In this document: positions 1 through 7,725 of the stretch, one piece after another
How positions within the stretch are numbered: position 1 is the stretch's first letter
Layout: each line of letters opens with the position of its first letter
From: Elusimicrobiota bacterium
GTDB taxonomy: Bacteria; Elusimicrobiota; Elusimicrobia; UBA1565; JACRDR01
Reading direction: 5' to 3'
Assembly (NCBI GenBank): GCA_041694815.1
Contig: JBGFSC010000052.1
Coordinates: forward strand, 1 to 29,575
DNA: 29,575 nucleotides
Notes under the pieces: model-generated
Database searches by the model: none
Seen by the model: only the letters and a program-made list of their open reading frames with translations
Told to the model about the DNA's origin: nothing
Program-made: the position numbers and the translations under genes

Positions 1-3000
1 TGCTCGAATCGGTGGCGGTAATACCGGTGAGACCGGCGCCGTTTCCAAAGAACGCTGAGGCCGTAATAGAGGAAGGCGTCGTGATGTATCCACCAGCGCC
101 GGTCATCGTGATGGCTCCGCCAGTAAAGCTGGCCGAGCCGGCGCTGATGCCGTAGGTAACACCGAGCCCCCCGGCAGCGGTAACGGAAGGCGAGGCGGAG
201 AAGGTCTTAACACCCGAGAAGGTCTGTGCGTTGTTGAGCAGGGCCACATTGGCCGAAAGGGCCGTATCGCTGATATTCGTGATCAGAGAGCCGTTGAGCG
301 CAGGGTAATAACCCAGCGCGTCGAGCCGCACCAATTGATTGGCGCCGTTGAAGGCATTGCCCTGCAGCGTGACCGAGGAGGATTTGAGAGTTAAGGCGCT
401 CGCGTTCCCATCGCCCGAGAATTGCTCCGTGTTGGAATTGACCACCGAAATGCCGCTGGCCGTGCCGGTGGCCAAGGGAACGAAGCTCGAGCCGTTCAAA
501 CTGATCTTGAGCGCACCGTCGCCCGTGCTGTCGAAATAAATTCGTCCCACGGCAGCGGGCGGCGCGGCCGACAGGGCGCTTAAGGTCAGGCTTCCGGCGC
601 TGATCCCATAGGTGGCGGAAAGGCCTAAGGCGGCCGTGATGCTCGGAGCCGCCGAGAAGGTCTTAACCCCGCTGATGGTCTGGTTGGAAACGGTATCGAC
701 CATGTTGGCCGGAGCAGGGATATTGGTCAGCCCCGCGCCGCTGCCCGAGAAGAAGGGAGCATAGACGCCACCGGCCGCGACGTTGATGCCTGAGGAGGTC
801 CGCAAGCTGTACTGCGTATCACCAGTGGCGACGAAGGTTCCGCTGGAGGCGGTCAAACCGGAGCTAAAGGACGCCGAGCCGGCGCTGATGCCATAAGTTA
901 CCGCCAGGCCCGCGGCGGAGCTTAAGGTCTTAGCGCCGCTGATCGTCTGGTTCGACAAGGTGTCGACCATGTTGGCGGGGGCCGGAATATTGCTGAGTCC
1001 CGCGCCGCTTCCCGAGAAGAACGGGGCGTAGACCCCTCCGGCCAGCACTTGGATGCCAGAGGAGGCCTGTAAGCTGTATTGCGTGTTGCCCGTGGCCATG
1101 AGGGTCGCGCTGGAGGCGGTAAGGCCGGACGCAAAGGACGCCGAGCCCGCTACGATGCCGTAGCTGACCGTGAGGCTGGAACCCGTGATCGTCAGGGGGC
1201 CGGACATCGTGTCGCCGGCCTTCAAAACGTAGTTCGTGCCGGCCTGATACGCGCTCGTCTGTATGGTATTGTCCGGGAAGCGGATGAAGCCTCCGCTCGT
1301 CAACGAGAGCGGTCCCCCCCCGGCGATCTGAACACCCGAGGAGAGCCTTAGGGCGTAGGTAGCGTCGCCCGGCGTCGACGTGAACGTGCTCTTAAGGGCG
1401 GTGGAGCCGAACTGCGCGTCGCCGGCGATGTCGAGGAAGGTGCTAGGCGCGAGCGTTCCGACTCCGAGCGAGGCGGTGAATAATCCGGAATTCGCGAAAA
1501 AGGACCCGAACCGTGCGTTCGAGCGTCCCAGATTGACCGTGCCGTCGGCCACCGTGCTCGCGGTGCCGGCGCCGGAGCCGGCGTTAATCGGTATGATGTC
1601 CCCCGCGTCCGGGAAGCCTAGGCCAGCGTCGCCTTCCTGCCCCACCTGGGTCGCCACTCCTCCGTCGATCCCCATGCGGGCGATGCGCCCCAAGGCATTC
1701 AAGCGCAAGAAACCCGCGGAGCTTCCATGATCGACATAAAGGCCGGGATTTCCACCCGTGAGGATATGCAGCGGCGCGGAGGGGGCCGTCGTCCCGATGC
1801 CGACGTTGCCGGCCTTAACTACGAAGGAAGCGACGGCGACGGAGAAAGCGCCATCGACGAAGGTCACGCTCGAGGTGAAGGTCTTGACCCCGCTGATCGT
1901 CTGCGCGGCATTGAGCAGATCGACGTTCGACAGATTGGCGTCGGGCACCTTGCCGGCGCCGTCGAGTTTCAACAGTTGATTCGCGCCGTTGAACGCATTC
2001 CCCTGGAGGGTGACGGAGGAGGAAAGAAGAGTCAGGGGTGTGGCATTGCCGTCGCCCGAAAACTGCGCGCCATCGCGGTTGACCACCGAGATGCCGACCG
2101 AGGTGCCCGTCGCGATGGGTACGAAGCCGACGCCGTCGAGGCTGATTTTTAATGCCTTAGACCCCGTCGTGTCGAAATAGAGCATTCCTTGGCTGACCGA
2201 GCTAGGGGCCGATCCCAACCCGGTAAACACCAACGTGGAGGCGGTGATGCCGTAACTTACCCCGAGGCCCCCGGCCGCCGTGATGCTGGGGGCGGCGGTG
2301 AAAGTTTTAACCCCCGTGATGTTCTCGGCCCCGGCCAAATGGACGACGGTGCTATCGGCGGCCTTGGCCGCCAGATCGGCGCTCAGGCTGGTGACGGCCG
2401 ATTGGGGGATGCCCGTAAGTCCGCTTCCGGAGCCGAAAAACGCCGAAGCGTTGACCGAAGAGGCGGAGGTCACAAAGCCGCCAGCGCCCTGAAGCACAAC
2501 GGGTCCGGAGGTGAAGGTGGCTGAGCCGGCCTGGATGCCGTAGCTCACCGTGACGCTCGAGCCGGAAACGGTCAGGGAGCCGGTCATCGTATCGCCGGCC
2601 TTGGCGACCTTGCTTGAGTCGGTGGCGGTGATGCCGGTGATGCCGGCGCCGTTGCCGAAGAAGGCCGAGGCGGTGATGGAAGAGGGGGTCGTGATGTAGC
2701 CGCCGGGGCCGGTCATCGTGATCGCCCCGCCGGTAAAGCTGGCCGATCCGGCGGAAACTCCGTAGCTGACGCCGAGCCCACCGGCGGCGGTAACGGAAGG
2801 CGAGGCGGAGAAGGTCTTAATGCCAGAGAAGGTTTGTGCGTTGTTGAGTAGAGCGACATTAGCCGAAAGACGAGCGTCGCCCAAGCTGCCCTGGCTGATA
2901 TCGCCGGCGTCGAGACTGGTCAGGCCCGAACCATCGCCAAAGAAGGCGGAGGCGGTCATGGAGGCCTGGCCGACGACGTTGCCGGAGGCGCCGGTAAGGT

Positions 3001-5317
3001 TGATGGCGGCATTGCTCATACTTAAAGTGCCGGTCATGGTGTCGCCGGTCTTGGCGACCTTGCTTGAGTCGGTGGCGGTGATGCCGGTGATGCCGGCGCC
3101 GTTGCCGAAGAAGGCCGAGGCGGTGATGGAAGAGGGGGTCGTGATGTAGCCGCCGGGGCCGGTCATCGTGATCGCCCCGCCGGTAAAGCTGGCCGATCCG
3201 GCGCTGATTTCATAACTAACGGCAAGGCCCGTGGCGGCCGTTATGTTGGGTGAGGCGCTAAAGGTCTTAGCACCGGTGATCGTTTCAGCCCCTGCCAGAT
3301 GCACCACCGAGGCATCGGCCGCTTTGCCGGAGAGATCGCTACTCAGGTTGGTGACGGCCGACTGCGGGATGCCGGTCAGGCCCGAGCCAGAGCCGAAGAA
3401 GGCGTGGGCCGTAACCGAGGATCCGGGCACCGAGACGAAGGCATTGGCGCCCGAGACGGTGATCGAGCCGGCTGATACGCCGTAGCTCACGGCGAGCCCG
3501 GCGGCGGAGCTTAAGGTCTTAGCGCCGGTGATCGTTTCGGCTCCGGCCAGGTGAACAACGCTGGAATCAGCCGCTTTCGCCGCAAGGTCCGTGGTAAGGC
3601 CGGTCACCGCCGATTGCGGTATGCCCGTCAACCCGCTGCCCGAGCCGAAAAAGGCCGAGGCGGTGAATGAGGCCTGGCCGATCACATGGGCCGAGGCTCC
3701 GGTAAGATTCAGGGTGCCGCTCATCGTGTCGCCGGTTTTGGCGACCTTGCCGGGATCCGTGGCCGTAATGCCGCTGAGTCCGGCCCCGTTTCCAAAGAAC
3801 GCGGACGCCGTAATAGAGGAAGGAGTGGTGATGTAGCCATTGGGGCCGGTGAGCGTTACCGCTCCGCCGGTAAAGCTGGCCGAGCCGGCGCTGATCCCGT
3901 AAGAGACGGAGAGTCCCCCCGCCGCCGTGACGGAGGGCGACGCCGAGAAGGTTTTGACCCCGGAGAATATCTGGCTGTTATTAAGTAGCGCCACATTGGC
4001 GGAGAGGGCCGTATCGCTGATATTTGTGATCAGAGAGCCGTTGAGCGCGGGATAGTAGCCCAGCGCGTCGAGCCGAACCAATTGATTGGCGCCGTTGAAG
4101 GCGTTGCCCTGCAAGGTGACCGAGGAAGAGCGCAATGTTAGCGCGGTTGCGTTGCCATCGCCGGTAAATTGCAAGGGTTCGGAATTCACGGAAGAAATGC
4201 CGCCGGCCGCCGATCCGGTGGAGATCGGGACGAAGGAGCCCGAGTTGAGGCGGATCATTAAGGCGCCCAGCCCGCCGGCCCCGCCCGTGTCATAGTAGAG
4301 CCGAGCGGTGGCGGCCGCAGGCGGGGCGGAGAGAGGGGCGAGGGTCAGAAATCCGGAGGCCGAAATCGTGGAAGCGGTGGCCTGCCCGATTTGCAGGTCT
4401 CCGGTCATGGTATCGCCGGCCTTGAGCACGCGTCCCGCAAGGTCCGTGCCCAGGCCGGTGACGGCGCTTTGCGGAATGCCGGTCAAATTCGCGCCGCTTA
4501 AGGCCGGCAGGGCGCCGGTGCCGGTCAATTGGACCAGCTTGTTAGCAGTGTTGAATTCGTTGCCCTGCAGGGTGACCGAGGAGGACTTAAGCGTCAATGC
4601 GTTGCCCGAGGTGCCGTCGCCGCTAAATTGCCCGGCGTTCGAGGTGACCGAGGATAAGCCCCCGCCCCCGCCGGCCCCGCCCGTCGAGATCGACACGAAG
4701 GAGACCCCGTCCAAGCTGATCTTGAGCGCCCCCAATCCGTTGGTGTCGAAATACAGCATGCCGGGAGTGACGAAGCTCGGCGGGGCGGAGAGTCCGGAGA
4801 AGGCCAAGGTCGATAGGCTTACGCCGTAGGGCAATTGGAGAACCCCGGTGGTGGTGAAGGTCGCGACTCGCGCGCCGTAGCCCAGTTTCTCCGCCGAGAT
4901 CGAATGGAAGGCGTAGCTCGCGGCTCCCAATTGCTCGCGGGGGGTCAGCGTCTCGGGAGCGGGATTGATGAAGTTCGGATCGCTGGAAACACGCAATTCG
5001 AGGAATGTCGGCCCCGCCTGGAAGACGGAGGCGGGAATCCCGCCTACGGTGATCGAGCCGATCTGCGCTGTGTAGATGCCGTTGACTACGTTTAAGGCAT
5101 TGGCCCCGCTCCAGGTCTCGCTGAAAAGCAGCGTGCCGCCGGTCGGCGCGTTATAGATGTTGAACTGGAAGGAAAAGACGCCCGTCAGCGGATTGCCCGA
5201 GGGGTCGGCCAGCTTGCCCTGATGGTTGATCATCTGGGCGATCGCGGCGTAGGATGGGCGCAGCGGGGCGGCCAGGGCCAGCGCGGCAAGCAGGGCGGCG
5301 CGAAGGTTAGCTCGCAT
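1..5317 (-). CDS. Giant secreted phage-tail-fibre-like (trimeric adhesin-type) repeat protein, 3'-truncated by the window edge (>=1772 aa)
   Basis: Manual translation from ATG at 5317 gives MRANLRAALLAALALAAPLRPSYA|AIAQMINHQGKLADPSGNPLTGVFSFQFNIYNAPTGGTLLFSETW...NGIYTAQIGS...FLELRV...ETLTPREQLGAASYAFHSISAEKLG. The same frame reads ...LTGITATDSS at nt 31-2. The ORF track reports no stop-terminated ORF in this frame, consistent with a frame that stays open to the edge. It has a signal peptide and fibre motifs (K(A/T)GDTM(T/S)G x5, GNVGIGTTAP, IRFPDNTIQTSA) and is G/S/T/A-rich. Confidence 0.93.
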   Translation of the reverse strand, partial: MRANLRAALLAALALAAPLRPSYAAIAQMINHQGKLADPSGNPLTGVFSFQFNIYNAPTGGTLLFSETWSGANALNVVNGIYTAQIGSITVGGIPASVFQAGPTFLELRVSSDPNFINPAPETLTPREQLGAASYAFHSISAEKLGYGARVATFTTTGVLQLPYGVSLSTLAFSGLSAPPSFVTPGMLYFDTNGLGALKISLDGVSFVSISTGGAGGGGGLSSVTSNAGQFSGDGTSGNALTLKSSSVTLQGNEFNTANKLVQLTGTGALPALSGANLTGIPQSAVTGLGTDLAGRVLKAGDTMTGDLQIGQATASTISASGFLTLAPLSAPPAAATARLYYDTGGAGGLGALMIRLNSGSFVPISTGSAAGGISSVNSEPLQFTGDGNATALTLRSSSVTLQGNAFNGANQLVRLDALGYYPALNGSLITNISDTALSANVALLNNSQIFSGVKTFSASPSVTAAGGLSVSYGISAGSASFTGGAVTLTGPNGYITTPSSITASAFFGNGAGLSGITATDPGKVAKTGDTMSGTLNLTGASAHVIGQASFTASAFFGSGSGLTGIPQSAVTGLTTDLAAKAADSSVVHLAGAETITGAKTLSSAAGLAVSYGVSAGSITVSGANAFVSVPGSSVTAHAFFGSGSGLTGIPQSAVTNLSSDLSGKAADASVVHLAGAETITGAKTFSASPNITAATGLAVSYEISAGSASFTGGAITMTGPGGYITTPSSITASAFFGNGAGITGITATDSSKVAKTGDTMTGTLSMSNAAINLTGASGNVVGQASMTASAFFGDGSGLTSLDAGDISQGSLGDARLSANVALLNNAQTFSGIKTFSASPSVTAAGGLGVSYGVSAGSASFTGGAITMTGPGGYITTPSSITASAFFGNGAGITGITATDSSKVAKAGDTMTGSLTVSGSSVTVSYGIQAGSATFTSGPVVLQGAGGFVTSASSVNASAFFGSGSGLTGIPQSAVTSLSADLAAKAADSTVVHLAGAENITGVKTFTAAPSITAAGGLGVSYGITASTLVFTGLGSAPSSVSQGMLYFDTTGSKALKISLDGVGFVPIATGTSVGISVVNRDGAQFSGDGNATPLTLLSSSVTLQGNAFNGANQLLKLDGAGKVPDANLSNVDLLNAAQTISGVKTFTSSVTFVDGAFSVAVASFVVKAGNVGIGTTAPSAPLHILTGGNPGLYVDHGSSAGFLRLNALGRIARMGIDGGVATQVGQEGDAGLGFPDAGDIIPINAGSGAGTASTVADGTVNLGRSNARFGSFFANSGLFTASLGVGTLAPSTFLDIAGDAQFGSTALKSTFTSTPGDATYALRLSSGVQIAGGGPLSLTSGGFIRFPDNTIQTSAYQAGTNYVLKAGDTMSGPLTITGSSLTVSYGIVAGSASFASGLTASSATLMATGNTQYSLQASSGIQVLAGGVYAPFFSGSGAGLSNIPAPANMVDTLSNQTISGAKTLSSAAGLAVTYGISAGSASFSSGLTASSGTFVATGDTQYSLRTSSGINVAAGGVYAPFFSGSGAGLTNIPAPANMVDTVSNQTISGVKTFSAAPSITAALGLSATYGISAGSLTLSALSAAPPAAVGRIYFDSTGDGALKISLNGSSFVPLATGTASGISVVNSNTEQFSGDGNASALTLKSSSVTLQGNAFNGANQLVRLDALGYYPALNGSLITNISDTALSANVALLNNAQTFSGVKTFSASPSVTAAGGLGVTYGISAGSASFTGGAITMTGAGGYITTPSSITASAFFGNGAGLTGITATDSS
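2600..3203. repeat. Exact 154-bp intragenic direct repeat (2600-2753 = 3050-3203, offset 450)
   Basis: Base-by-base comparison: cttggcgaccttgcttgagtc...ggccgatccggcg is identical in both copies. Confidence 0.93.
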
Positions 5318-5696
5318 GCTCCCTCTTGCTCAAGAGGCCTCGGATGCGCCCCAGCAATTCCTCGGCGATGATCGGCTTCGTCAAATAAAGGTTCACGCCA
5401 CTTTCCCTGAGTCCCTGGATCTGCTCCTTATTTCCCGAATTGACGGTCAGCAAGATCAGGATCATGCGCTTAAAACGCGGGTCCTGGCGCAACTGCCGGG
5501 CGAACTCGACGCCGCTCATGCCGGGCAGGTTCCAATCGAGAAGGGCCACGTCGGGAATCCGGGAGTCGAGCAATCGGCGCGCCTCCTCGGCGCTGGTGGC
5601 CGATAAGATTTTGTAGCCCGCCGGCTGCAATATGCGCGCGATGATGCGCTGGTAATCGGAACTATCGTCGAGCACGAGAACCGATGGCTTATGCAT
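5307..5696 (-). CDS. Single-domain response regulator (REC)
   Basis: LVLDD, LLDWNLPGMSG, LLT and LTKP motifs. Overlaps the fibre start by 11 nt and the kinase stop by 8 nt. Confidence 0.93.
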   Translation of the reverse strand: MHKPSVLVLDDSSDYQRIIARILQPAGYKILSATSAEEARRLLDSRIPDVALLDWNLPGMSGVEFARQLRQDPRFKRMILILLTVNSGNKEQIQGLRESGVNLYLTKPIIAEELLGRIRGLLSKREHAS

Positions 5697-6735
5697 GTTC
5701 CTTTATAGGGAGAGTGAAATGGAATCGGCTACCGCGATGGGGGGCGCTTTCGGCCCAGATCCGTCCGCCATGAGCCTCGACGATGGCCTTGGCGATGTAA
5801 AGGCCGAGCCCAGAGCCATCCTCCCCGTGAAGACCTTTCCTAAGCCGCACGAATTTCTTGAACAGCCGCTCGATCTCACCATTCCCCAGGCCCACCCCGG
5901 TGTCGCTGACGGTGCAAAGGAGCTGAGAGCTTTGCGGATCGGGACCCATCGTTATCCTCACCTGGCCGCCCTCGGGAGTGAATTTGATCGCGTTCGAGAT
6001 TAGGTTGTGGAGCACGCGCCGGATCAGGGCGGCGTCGCCGCTGGCATGGCCGCGTCCCTGGGCGACCAGGCTCAGCTCGACGCGCGACTTCTCGGCCAAG
6101 GGCCGATAGAAGGCGATGAGCTCCCGGACGATGGCCGCTAGGTCTACGGGAAGCATTTGGGGATGCAGGGCGCCCGATTGAAGGCGCGCGGCCTGCAGCA
6201 TGTCCGAGATCGTCTCTTGGAGCTGACGGGCGTTGATCTTGAGGCGCTTGGCATCCTCGTTCCATCGGGCGACATCGCGCGGCCCCGCGCCGGCGCTTTC
6301 ATGAACCATCAGGTCCAGATAGGATTCCAGCGCCGAAAGCGGCGATTTGAGCTCATGCGCGAGCAGCGCCATCGCGTCCGAATGCTGACGCGCGGCGGCG
6401 CGCTGCCTGCGGACCCCGTAGGCCACCCCGAGTATCGCGAGGGCCGCGGCCGTCCATGCCCATGGATTCCAACGGGGTTTTGCCGGGGCGGGAGCGGCCG
6501 GCGGGGCGGCGCGCCGAGTCTCGCGAGCCTTCGCCTTCGTCGGCGGGGGCAGCGGCTTGGCTGGCACGCGGAAGCTCGTGGAGTAGCGGCGAGGGGGCGG
6601 CGCGATGGCTATGAACTGGGTCTCCGCCGTCGCGTACAACGTAGTGCTCTTATATTTAGGGCTTTGGGAATCCGTCGCGAATAAGGAGGAATGCGGAAAA
6701 ACGAGAACGGTCGCCAGCAAGGCCAGCGCTCGCAT
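5689..6735 (-). CDS. Membrane-bound sensor histidine kinase (HisKA + HATPase_c) with a Pro/Ala-rich extracytoplasmic segment
   Basis: H-box AHELKSP, N-box NLISNAIKF, G1 DTGVG, G2 GSGLGL. N-terminal signal-like segment and TM WAWTAAALAILGVAYGV. Confidence 0.93.
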   Translation of the reverse strand: MRALALLATVLVFPHSSLFATDSQSPKYKSTTLYATAETQFIAIAPPPRRYSTSFRVPAKPLPPPTKAKARETRRAAPPAAPAPAKPRWNPWAWTAAALAILGVAYGVRRQRAAARQHSDAMALLAHELKSPLSALESYLDLMVHESAGAGPRDVARWNEDAKRLKINARQLQETISDMLQAARLQSGALHPQMLPVDLAAIVRELIAFYRPLAEKSRVELSLVAQGRGHASGDAALIRRVLHNLISNAIKFTPEGGQVRITMGPDPQSSQLLCTVSDTGVGLGNGEIERLFKKFVRLRKGLHGEDGSGLGLYIAKAIVEAHGGRIWAESAPHRGSRFHFTLPIKEHA

Positions 6736-6746
6736 AAAGATGTTTG

Positions 6747-6775
6747 AGTATAGAGCGCGGACGGTGAGTTGTCAA
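6747..6775 (-). promoter_or_regulatory. sigma70-type promoter for the kinase-RR-fibre operon
   Basis: Minus strand TTGACA (6775-6770), 17-nt spacer, TATACT (6752-6747). ATG follows 11 nt later with no SD. Confidence 0.8.
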
Positions 6776-6838
6776 TATCTGCTAAATTTCTGCTAAATTT
6801 TATCTGGGATAAAAGGACGGTCAGCTTGGGAATAGGTA

Positions 6839-6871
6839 TTTACGCGCTCGAGGCGCGTAAAAGCCGCCGTT
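6839..6871. repeat. REP-like hairpin element (possible terminator) directly after a stop codon
   Basis: tttacgcgc-tcgag-gcgcgtaaa forms a 9-bp stem, followed by agccgccgtt. Related copies lie at 24899-24928 and 25006-25035. Confidence 0.7.
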
Positions 6872-7609
6872 TTAGTCATTCCACCTATACCCCAACCCCG
6901 CGATCGCCTCCAGCCTTTTTCCCAGCGGCCCCAAGTGCCGCCTTAGCCGCATGACGTGCTGGACCAAGGTCCTGGAGTTCCCCTTGAGCTTTCTCGGCTT
7001 CCATCCTTTCTTGAAGAAGTCCTCCCAGTGCACGACCCGGTTCGGGTGGCGCAGCAAGAAAGCCAGCACCTCGAATTCCTTACTCGTCAGGCGGCGCTCC
7101 TCGTAATCGATGCCGGTCTGCACATGGCATCGCCTCGAGCGCAGGTCCAGCAGGACCTGGCCGTCACGGCTGCGCAGCAGGTGTCGGGACCAGGATTGGG
7201 GCCGGGCGAATTGCTGCGCCGTCGACAGGGCCGCCTCCAGCCGGGCCGCCAATAGCTCCGGATCGAAGGGCTTGAGCAGGTAATCGTCCGCGCCCGAGCG
7301 GAGGACCGAAAGGGTCGCCGCCGCGTCGGCCCGAGTGAGAAAGAGTAGCGGCGCGCTTCTGGCGCGCGGGTGGCGCCGGATTTGCCGGACCAGCCCCTTG
7401 ATCTGATGCTTCCTAAACCCGTCGAGATCGACTACGAACAGGTCGGGTTTTTGCCTGTTGCAAGCCGCCCCGAGCAGGGCGGTAGACCGAATGTGGATCG
7501 GGTGGTAGTCCTGGCGGGTGAGGGCTTTCCGGCTGGACTCTAGGGGTTTGGGGTCGGATCCGAGCCAAAAAATGAGCGCCCGCGGCTCAGGGGTTGGATT
7601 TTTCGTCAT
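6872..7609 (-). CDS. OmpR/PhoB-family response regulator (REC + winged helix) with an atypical acidic pocket
   Basis: VVDLDG, FLT, GADDYLLKPF, LTSKEFEVLAFL, RTLVQHVMRLRRHL, GLGYRW. ATG at 7609 is preferred over TTG at 7612. Confidence 0.9.
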   Translation of the reverse strand: MTKNPTPEPRALIFWLGSDPKPLESSRKALTRQDYHPIHIRSTALLGAACNRQKPDLFVVDLDGFRKHQIKGLVRQIRRHPRARSAPLLFLTRADAAATLSVLRSGADDYLLKPFDPELLAARLEAALSTAQQFARPQSWSRHLLRSRDGQVLLDLRSRRCHVQTGIDYEERRLTSKEFEVLAFLLRHPNRVVHWEDFFKKGWKPRKLKGNSRTLVQHVMRLRRHLGPLGKRLEAIAGLGYRWND

Positions 7610-7725
7610 CAAAAGTTACCACAAAATGAAGGACTTTTTGGGGCATATCGAGTATTTTCAAATTTGTGCAGCGCCCTCGTGCCCATTTAACAAAAAATTC
7701 GCAGAGATGGGTAAGTCTACGCTAT

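Noticed and set aside
1..4400. CRISPR array or DGR template/variable repeat interpretation of the repeats
   Set aside because: The repeats are in-frame coding units without spacers. Differences are mostly synonymous rather than adenine-specific, and no cas or reverse transcriptase gene is present.
339..5095. About 20 short ORFs in the track, nearly all on the plus strand and some repetitive
   Set aside because: They are antisense or off-frame shadows of the giant minus-strand fibre gene; their repeats mirror its repeats.
1..5317. Prophage origin for the tail-fibre-like gene
   Set aside because: It has a signal peptide, is coupled to a kinase-RR pair, and no capsid, terminase or integrase genes are in the window.
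7666..7725. Track start for the 1022-aa ORF (likewise 14563, 22525, 26771, 29483)
   Set aside because: Downstream starts fit signal peptides, domain boundaries, SD sequences or promoters better.
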